From Flectonema sp. DT1601 (Eukaryota), in assembly GCA_964019425.1 (NCBI GenBank), contig OZ025796.1:62001-126000 (forward strand): 64,000 nucleotides of DNA, written 5' to 3'. Shown here in pieces: positions 40,401-50,959 of the stretch (positions are counted from its first letter, which is position 1; each line of letters begins with the position of its first letter). The notes under the pieces were generated by a model, which saw only the letters and a list, made by a program, of their open reading frames with translations, did no database searches and was not told where the DNA came from. Position numbers and translations under genes: made by a program.

Positions 40401-43400
40401 CACGGAACAATGTGCTCCTTCAGCGCTGGCTGCATCGGAGTCACGTCGAACCCGAGCTTCTCCCCGGACTCCTTCGTCTGCTTCTTCGTCTCCTCCTCCG
40501 GGTACTCCTCCACATCCAGTCCCTCCAGCGACGCGTCCTTCGTCGTCGGGTTCACCGCTCCCAAGAACGACACGTTCGGTGGCAGGATTCCGTTCGTCTC
40601 CGGGTGACTCAACTCCCACTTATCCCAATACCGATCCACCACAATTCTCTTAATCAATCCCAACATGTTCGTAGCATTCATCTCATCGATCATTATCATG
40701 AAGTTGATCGTCGGACACTTCAAAGCCTTCTCCAGCATCGGAGACATTTGATCGAACAACATTTCCACCGTCATGTCGTATCTCATCAGGATGATCAGTG
40801 AACTCTTCGACCGCTTCAGAGTCAGAGTTCTCCTCAGCAGGTCTGCGAGAGCCTCACCGGAATTCTCACCTCCATCTGAAAGGTCACGGAGGAGACTAGG
40901 TGGCGGGTCGAGGATCGGAGAAAGTCGAATTTGGTTTCTCAGCTCTGCGCGAACTGCTCGGCACAGGGCGGGACCGTTTGCCTTCGCCGCAATGAAAGCT
41001 TCCTTAGCCCACCTTATGGAACCGTCAAGGGAATGCTTTTTCGTAAGAATACTTTGCATTTGGCCATAACTAGCACCTGCAAAGCTCTTCATCTGAGATG
41101 AACTCAATACGCTTCCCATGGTGTCACGAATTTGTCCAACAAGAAATCCTCCACTTACGATGGCTAGTGACCTTACAATCTCATCGAGGGAAGCAAAAAT
41201 CTTTTCTGCTGCCTCCTTGTCTTTTCCCTCTTCTCTTTCAACTCCGTCTTTCATGATAGCAATGGCATCTCTGAATGCTTGTTTTCTAGGGTTGTCAACA
41301 ACATCAGCAATGTTCGGATTAGATATTCTGTCAGCAATAAGAGGTCCTAAAACATCGTTAACACATTTTCTCAGGTAGTCTAAGGCGTCGTAGTCACCCT
41401 TGTCAGCTAACAGTCTCATACATTGAACTGGAGGATGCTTAGCCTCTTCCATAGTCGCTTCAAGCATGATTCCCATCTTTCCAATCTTAACATCAGCATC
41501 ACCATCAGGGAATAGTTTCTTTATGCCGGGATCAGTTCTGATGAATTTATTGAAGACCGCAATTAAATCATTGTGACCTTCTCTTTTAAATGCTGCTGAT
41601 GCATTTGGAGGAAGCTGCAACAACTCAGAAAGCATAGCAACAGCGTAACTCTTTCCTGTTCCTGATGGCCCTTGAAGAATTGGTGGATCCTGAATTCTAA
41701 GATGGCAATACATTTGAACTAACTTCTGTAAGAAGTCAGGGATGAGGACGTAGTTCTTTCCTCGAAGAGCGGTGAGGGCAGTTTTCTTTTCGATGCAAAC
41801 TTCATCAGCCAAACTATCAATTAATGAATAAAGAGGTGCACGAGAACGTTCAAGACGTTGTTTCTCAGCCATCTCACGAAGTCTCTCTTTTTGCTTAACA
41901 GTGTCCGTCTTGTCAGCTTTCATAGATATCATAAAGTCAATACGTTCTTCAGACTCATCGATCATTGCTTTTTTAAGTTTTTGAATAGCAGTCACTGGCT
42001 CTCCTTCAAAACGTTGATTAAGCTGATCAATTGAAAATTCCATTCGTTGTTTGATGGTACCAGTCATTACAACAATATGAACATTATCCTTACTATCAGG
42101 GTTAATCATCGTATGCATTTCATGCATAAATGTTCTTACGACTAGAGCTTGTTTCTTTGTTCTTCTCAGAGAGGCTGGGTCTCTCTGTTTGTGAGTATAC
42201 ATCTTATATTGGTACACAAGATGCTTTAATGATCTGACTAACATTCTGTGAGTTATCTTTTCTAACTCTAATTCTAAGTCAAGCTTTTGGATTTCAGGAA
42301 GAGAATCGACTTCAACAGTGTCATGTCCAAGACACATTAGTTTAAGTGATGTGACATCATGTTTACTATCACTTGGTATGTCTTGTAAGTTATCTTTAAT
42401 CCACTCAACTGCTTCTTGAGCACCAGGTACAGCATTTATATCGAAGTTCTCGAGAGCTCCAGCAGTAGCTAAACCAGAACACGCCAACAGAGTGATATCA
42501 GTCATCCCATTTGACCGTTTCCATGGACCATTCACATCCTTTTCTCTTCCGAGAGATTCCTTCGCGTCAGGAGGATGTTGGAACTCGACAACCAAATGCC
42601 AAGTCTTCTTCGGAATCGAAACGGCCAGACCGCTGTTCGATTCGATCCGACCAAAGAAGATCAGAGAATCCAAAACCTGATTGACGATCTGAGGGTCACT
42701 GTCTTGTCCGACGTGAATCACTAGCAGTCCGTGTCGTTCCCTCATCGGTCCCATCAGCCGAGTGCAGATCTCATCCAGCGAGTTCTTCGTCGAATCCAAA
42801 TCCAAGCGAGTCGGTAACACGCTTCCGAACTCTCCAGACTTGATCTTCTTGTCTATCGAATAAGACTTTCCAGTTCCACATCTCTGAAGGTAGTAAGTGA
42901 TCGACTTGAAGTTGTTCAGCTCACAGCATCTACCCATCGCCCACTTCTTCCACTTCACGTCACACGACAAGTTGTCCACGTACTCCACAGTCTCGTCACT
43001 CCCATCACCGCCCGTCACCACAGCGATCAGTTCTTTGTGCTCGTGTTTCCCTTCTGTCGCGAGCCGCACCTCATTCTGTTGGTCCGGTGACAACAAGTTC
43101 AGGTTCATCACAACGAGTCTTCCCTTTTTCGTCTGCTTGTACAGCTGCAGGAACGCCCTCACGTTCTCCGCTGGTGTCTGCGCAGTGCAGTCCAACACGT
43201 GGTAAGGACGCACGTCTCCCTCATGCAGCGCTATCGCAAACAACTTCCTGTCTGACACAGCTAATCTACTGGTGTCTACGATAGCTCCCTCAACAGTACG
43301 AGTCTGCAGTTGTCCGTAACGGGCCGCCGCCGGGTCGTAGTTGCATGAAATTCGAGGGTCCTTCGCGTTCTTGTTCTTCTTCCTCAGAATTTGCAACAGT

Positions 43401-46400
43401 TTTCCGATTCTGTCCAACGTGCTCAGGGCTCCTTCCGCAATCACCGCCTTCGCTACAGCCGTCGACTCCCAATCTGTGAACAGTTCTAGTCCGTTCGTTG
43501 AACCCTCGGCTGCCTCCCTCAGTGCGATACGGAGCTCAGCCGCTCGGCAGACTGCTCCAGTCGATTTCTCGATTGTGTGCCAGACAGCGAGTTCGTCATC
43601 GGTCAGTTTATCGGTTGCAACCTTCGAAACCAAATCATTCTTTATGTTTACTATTGCCTGGAGCTGGACAACAGACTTTAGTTTACGAACAGCTAATTCA
43701 GGAAGATCAATACTCATAGCGTTATCCCAACCGGTACCAAATTCATGGCGGTTCCAATACAGACCTGAAGCATCTTGTTTTAACTCTTCAAGTGATGAGC
43801 AGGCCAATACATTAACTCTCGCTCCTTCACGCCAACTCTTACCATCTCCCCAAGTCCACTTCGTACAGTAGTGTGGGAATGGTTGATCCATTGAAGACAT
43901 GTACAGCCCTTCGGTATTCTTTCCATTTTTAAAGGAAACCACCCATCTCTGCACATTCGAATCTCTGCTGAGGCGAAGTTCATCATTTTCATAAATGACG
44001 AATCCCTTCTTGTCAGTCTGCTTCTGAAGTGTCAGAATACCACCAGGACGAGACTTTGATACGACTCTGATACAATAAGGCTTCTCTTGGAATCCATCAA
44101 CAACAGTCCATCTCAGAGGTTCTGATCCAATCCTCGCTGTTCCCTTGCACGGGTTCGACCAAGCAACAGGTCTTTCTGCAGCATCAGTGACGCACCAACG
44201 ACCGTCCCAATAAGTCATTCTGTATTTTCCATCTTTTCTGTTGTAGGTAGGAATCCATCTTCTGTAGAGACCATCACAGACGCCATCACTACCCTTACCT
44301 GAAGTAGTTGGAGTGGTTCCCTTAACTACAACTGATGCGCTTTGTACATCCGAAATTGACTGAGGTCCAGCAGAGCTGACGAAAGTACACTTCACATCCT
44401 TTCCGTTGATTACAACATAGGGAACAAGAGGACCATCAGCTCTCGGGAAATCCTTAGTAGTAACGGAGTTAAACATACGCTCTCCGTCACAGAGACAACC
44501 GATTGTGCCCTCTCCCAAGTCAACAGTGAAGGTAAATGTGAACTCTTGAGAGTTTTGGTTTGTTGTAGTTCCCATGTTACTTGAGTTCTTAAGAATGAAA
44601 ACACTTCCATTCTGCTTCAGTCGCATACCAAACATTGAAGTTTCTGGGTCTGTTGCCTTATCAAGTGAAACACCTGGAGCAGCAACACCAATACTCAGAA
44701 ATTCATTAAGAGAACGACCCTTTGCGTGGATGGAGAATGTATGAGGACCTGGTCCTACCATTACTCTGTTTCCTAATGCTACCGTTGGTGATTCAGTCTC
44801 TGATGTCACAGTTGGTCCATCGATCTTCAATCCCTTTCCGATTTGTACCGAATTCCAACCCAATACCTCATCGACTGGCTCACCAGGACTGATGACCGCT
44901 TTAGCAGTCTTATTGACTAGGTAAACACAAGGCCTTAAGCTTCCCTTGACTTCGGTAAACCGAGCAAGGTTTCTCCTACCGTTTAACTTGAAGTCGATTG
45001 TCTTCGCTTTCTGATCATAAATAACGGTGATGATATCACCACTTCGGAATGCTCTGGCGTTGTCAACATCGAGTCCATTGTGTCTGAGAGTACCATTTCT
45101 CATATACCAATAGGCACTCTCTTTGTTGGGAGACTCGTCTACCGGCTTTCCAAGATCAAGGTCCTTCGTACAGAGACCTATTCTTGAAGCAAAGACGTCA
45201 CCTGTGATCTTTATTCTCCAAACCTTGGCAGGTGCCGGGGAGATAGCAATGGCAGGTGCTGTGCCACGTACTTTGACAATTTCTCTTCCGTTAGCAGAGA
45301 TATCGGCTGATTTTGAACACACCAACCAAATATAAGCAGGAATTACTGTGGCTGTAAAGTTTGGTTTTGATTTCGTTGCTTCAGAACGGAACTCTTTTGC
45401 GAGATCAGAAATCTTTTTAGTTCTTTTGTTATTAACTGCAACGATACGCATGCCTGCTTCGAATCCAACGGATTCCCACAGTGAGAATTCCGGGCAGTCA
45501 GTTATGTAAAGTGTGCTCGCCATCTCCTTCAGTCCGAGGGATTTCAATGAACTTCCGCACTGAACGTGAATGTTGTGTTCCGCACCTCTGCAATCATCAG
45601 ACCACTTCTCAACAATCGTGAATGCATCGTCAGCCTGTACTTTTGCGTTCAAACAAGGCTGTTCGTTTAAGAATCCGTGACTGTCACTTTCCCTCCAGTC
45701 ACCCATCTGCCATGGCTGAAGGTAAGATTCATTATCAGACATCGATACTAATAATCTCCTCGCGTTCATTACAGGTTTATCATACACAACCCATCCACCA
45801 GCAACAGGAGAGAGTACTAATCCGTCTTCACGTTTGTACATCCAGAGACCCTTTTCAAACTCTCCATCACAGACACCAAGTCCTTCAAATAGTAAAGGTT
45901 CGTTGTCTTCAGGGAGCTTTCCCACCACCGATACTCCCCTCTTAGAATGCAGTGGTGTTGTTTTAACTCTGATAGAGACATCCTCAATTGATCCTCCCTC
46001 TTGAACGGCACTTGTTTTCTCAACGCGTTGAATCATTTTCATCTTTCCCTTTCTCCAGTTTTGTAAACGACTCACGTCTTGTACGAAGTTGCTTAACGCA
46101 GCAGTACTTCTCATTAACTCAGCAGTTCTCACAAGCTCAGCAGGAGTGACACAGATAATCTCCGGGTACTTCTGACACATTTTCACAAACAGGGAAGTCG
46201 TGCTCTCGGAGTCCTTCGCCCACTGGCCCTCCAATGACTGCAGCATCTGAGTCAGACGAGCAGCGTCATCATGTCTGAAAGTGATTCTCCTCGATCTGAA
46301 CTCAATGTGACCCTCACTGAAGAGGGCACACGCCGTGTTGAAAGCCCTCATCACCTCACGTGCTTGGTTAGCGAACACTTCCAATGAACTGTGCTCATTA

Positions 46401-49400
46401 CGCTGCAACGTCGCTCTGTAGACAAGATCACTGTACTCAGCCATGTTTCGCAACTTACCGTCGTGAGCATCGAATTCGAGAGCAGGTTGCCCAGTTGTTG
46501 GGAGGTTGATGATAATCAAAGCAGCACTTCTATCAATGTAGTCATCCTCATCAACTTGAATACCTTCCGGGATTCCCTGAAGTCCTGATGCGTAGTGACA
46601 GACGATTATCATTCTGTCTGTAGTTCCTGACTGTTCTTTAATCATCTTCACTAGTTTCTCAATCTCATCAACAGCAGTCATCTTCTCAAGCTTCTTTTGA
46701 ATGTTTCGCACGTCTTGCAGGGTGTCATCTCCAAATGAGTTGTTCATCAGCGACCAGAACCCATCGCCAGTGATATCAGACCCAGCCACGAACCCACTGT
46801 TCGAAATAGGAATTCTCATCTCAACACCACTGTAGGGGATGTCACCTTGCTCACCAGCGTCTCTCTTGTCTTGAATTAATTGTGATCTCCTCTCATTGAA
46901 TTGCTCTACGTATGCTGAAGACGCCCACACGAATGGATTCACAAAGTTTGTCAAGTTGAAGAAAGTCTGGAAAGAAGCGTGTTGCAAATCTCTAGAGTTC
47001 GAAAGAACTGATGCAAGACCTTCATCCTGTGCTTCAGGGTTCTCACGAGTGAATTCAACCAACTCCGTACAGTTGTACACCGTCCTCATGATTTCCAGAA
47101 CACGGTGCTCACAACCACAACTCACTCGCTTGATTTCAGTCGAACGTATCTTCGCATCTTTCAACGTCACCTTCGACAAGTCATCGTCGAGAAGGATACG
47201 TTTTTCAGTTTCGTTGAAGAACTGCGAGTGGAATCTCAAATCCTTTTGAGGAGAGTTCACCATTTTTCTCAGAATTTCCAAGTCGTGTACGACAAAACGA
47301 AGAGGAAGACCTCCGTCAAGGAGAGCATCGATGGCTTCTGGGTCTGTGCCGATCCGCTCCATCAGAGCCTTCTCTTGTCTTTTTCTACCCTGCTCGTAGT
47401 TTCCATCAGGCGGGTGAAGCCCAGCAACAGCCTGTTCGATGGTGCTATCCAATTTGATACTTGACAGAGACTTGCAAGCATCTCTGAAAGAATTTTGGAA
47501 TTCAGCCAGTGAGACTCCCTTGTTGTCACACAGAATGAGAAAGTGTGCTCGCAGTAACGGACTCGATGTAGCATGCGGTAGAGTAAGAGCTTCTCCGAGT
47601 GTCACACCAGCCTTCTTCACCAGCTTCTCGAGATCATCCAAGTTCACGAGTTCCTTGCGTACAATGGATTCCGTAAATTCATTCAAAAGTTCTCCCGCTC
47701 CTTTAACTTCCCATTGCTCTACGAGTTCCCTCAGTACATTACCGCTGTGCTCAAGGTTCTTAATAGGGGCGTTGAAGTCAAGTTCTGGAAATGTGATTCC
47801 ATTACGTTCATGAATTCCACTGTGCTGTTTAGATAAAGAGTACACATGTCGACTGATGCGGTGACTATTCAATCGATTTTGGAATTCTTTAGTAGCTGTT
47901 TCGATTCTCTTAGTGAACGCACCTACCGGAGTGTACTTACTCTTCAACAGCTGAACGAGATTTACGTCAATTGGAATGGAGTCCCACTTAACAGAACGTG
48001 AGTCAAAGTAAACAGACAGCAGGGCATCTGCAGCATCAGCACGAATACCCTTGAATCTTGCCATCTCTTGAACATCACCTTTTATTCTATCAGAAGAAAA
48101 GATCCAGTTGTCGAGTTCGTGAACCTTTTGAGTGATTACGATTCTCTCACAGCACAGTCTCCAGAGATTCAAAATGAAGTCACCGTAATCCTTTGAGTGA
48201 TCTTTTCTATCACGATCAGCAAATACTCTTTTAATTAAACCAACTGACGGAACACCTGAATGAGTCTCTAGCCATCTAGCATCCCATTGAGAGATGTTAT
48301 CTCTTAGCATTGGGAAACAGGCAGCAATGGCTTGCTTACCCCAGACACAAGAAGCGGTCACTACTGAAGATCTTTCATACTTACACAAGTGTTGATCCAT
48401 ACCGGAACTCCAGTAACCAGTTACTGTATCAGGGCTTCGTACAGCTCCTTGAACCATTGAAAGAACTACAGCGAATGTTTTGTCTCTAGGTTCGTGCATA
48501 TCGATGTCAGCCATTGAGAACCTCTCTGACCTTTTCTCTTTCTTCACCGTAATTCTAAATCTCAGTTCGAGATCACTGTACTTCACATCAGATACGATTC
48601 CAGATGAAAGAGCTGGATGGTTCAAAGCAATATGATGACCAGTTATTTTAAAGGCTTCAGGATAGTTTCGATTATTAAATCCATTCAACCAAGTCCATCC
48701 TCCATCAAAATCATGACGAGACACGAGAGAGAGTGCATTGACAACAGCAAGTGGGTCACCACTCTGACGAACTTCTGTCTGTGTGATGAGCTTCAGGGAA
48801 GCCATCACACCAGTTGGTGTTGGCTGCAGATCTTTCTCTTCGAATGCCAACCCGTATATGGATATTAAATTGACGCAAGGATGTCTCATCGCTTGACTGT
48901 GCAGCCATCCCTTCGGACCAGAAATCGTTCCCTTCAACTTCGTATCGGAATCCTCAATCGCACGAAGTACTACGATCAGAGTCTCCGGATAGCAGTGGCG
49001 GACATTAAACTTGTCTCCCCTGTCTCCAAGAAACTGTAACAGTGACGATGCGAATCCAGGTAACTCGCTGAACGCCTTCTTACACTTATCGTACAGGTCA
49101 GGGGCAGGAGGTGCCTTCAAAGAGGTTTGAAGAATTCTCGAAGCGAATGCGACGACAGTTTCTCCACCAATTTCATCCTTTTGGAAAATAAATTTCCAAA
49201 CCTTGTCCGTGTTCCTCTCTTGAAGGATAACTGAAAGCTTTGTGTGCTCGCTGTACGAATGATGGTCCATTGAAGGAAGGGGTAACCAGAGTAGGAAGTC
49301 CTCGAGCCCGATACCAAAGTGAGGAATTATTTTACTCACAGGACACTGAGGAAATTGCTCACTTTCCAGCTTAAAGCACTTCGTCAGCTGGGGTTCGCTG

Positions 49401-50641
49401 CCCGAACAGATGAACTCGACTACTATGTTGTCGTGGCTCTTCTGGTTGAACCGAAGTTCAATTCCGTGGTCGCAAACCCATCTTCCGATAATAGCGCGCT
49501 CTCCTCCTCCTCTGCGTCCTCTTCCCACACCAACGCCGTCCTCACCAAGATCAGTATTTCCGCCGCCACGACCTGCTTCCTGTTTAGCCTGTTCGATACG
49601 AGAATCGTCACCTAACAGATTCCAAACCTCCTCAGGAGGAACTCCGTCTGCAGCGTGATGCAAAATGTTATCGGCCTCATTATTATCGAGCAACACTGGT
49701 CCAAAATCATCCGATCTTGGAGCCGTAGACTTTGGGTTTGCCTGCCACAATAGCAACTCCGCAGCACGTCTGCTGTCGACAGGAGCTTCGAGAAGCTCAG
49801 AAATAATCTTTATCCATTTTTGTTGAGTCAGACGCATAGAAGCAATGTACTCCATCAGGTAAGCGAAGGCTGCAGCAGCGTGCTTACCGTATGGAAGTCT
49901 GCGAGCCCATTCCTTTATTTTTTTGACACAACTTTCGGATAGCCTGCTCTCTCTAATAAGTCCCAAGTCCTGTAGACCTCTCTCACGGTGAGTACTGGCT
50001 TCAGCCATTCTGATACAGGCCGAGGTAATCATTTCATAAATAGCAAGTCTGTCTCTTGAGATAGCATCCACTAAGTGTTGCTCATCTTCTGTGCATCGCT
50101 CATTGGCTACAATACCCTTCAGGACTTCATGTACGCAGATCATTATCGTAAGTACCACTGAGCTTGTTGTTTTTTTGTACTCTTCACATAATTTTCGTGT
50201 TTCAAAAGTAACTTGTTGGACAGTCTTGTAGAATTTTCCCACAATCGGTACTCTGATTGCTGTTTTCCCGTGATCTGAGTACTCCTTTCCGTTCCTAGAG
50301 AGGGAAACAGCGAATCCATTGAAGATGAAAGAAGCGCATTCCTCGTGCCACTTTCCTTTCATGATTTCCGTAAGGAAACGAGTCCAGTTCACAGCAGCTT
50401 CTGTAAGAAGGTGGGGCTCTGCAGGAGGCTCTCTCATGACGACAATATCGTCGAGACCCATTCCTCCTAACCCCATCATCCCACCTATCCCACCCCCCAA
50501 ACCCATCATTCCTCCCATTCCTCCCATGCCCATCCCTCCCATTCCCATCCCTCCCATGCCCATCATTCGGCCTCCGGGATACCCACCACCCGCCCGCCGT
50601 CGATCCCTCATCATCCGTTCCCTTTCAATGTCTCTCCTCAT
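31445..50641 (-). CDS. Giant RNF213/mysterin-like multi-AAA+ ATPase, paralog B (~6,250 aa). Predicted exons 50641-33467, 33343-33275, 33161-32265, 32203-32117, 32047-31985, 31900-31445
   Basis: 5744-aa ORF with the same AAA motif series as paralog A; first ATG at 50641. Five phase-0 GT..CAG introns link it in frame to the ORFs at 32241-33134 and 31445-31843. The first two intron positions are identical to paralog A and the third is at an equivalent position. Confidence 0.88.
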
Positions 50642-50959
50642 CTTCGGCGAAAAACAGACGTCGGTTTTGTTCAAGTGGTGGTATCAATGGAGCTGTAGAT
50701 ATAAATAACATATAGACATTACACAAATATAAATAAATAAATTAACTTCTCATAGGTCGTGTCTAAGTCGAATACCTGTGGGGATATGAAAGGATCACTT
50801 TTATGATTCTTTTATTGTGTTTTAAAGCAAACAGAATAATCTAGAAGTATGTTTTAATATCTAAAAAGCGGAGAAAACCGCTGCTTGCGGATGGCTGAGG
50901 GGATTTTGGAATATCATATAAAAAAAATAAAAAAAACTTAATAACGTAAATAAGTATTT

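Noticed and set aside
5763..50674. Two giant genes as an allelic or assembly duplication
   Set aside because: N-termini, several internal blocks, introns and C-terminal exons are strongly diverged while both frames stay open, indicating true paralogs.
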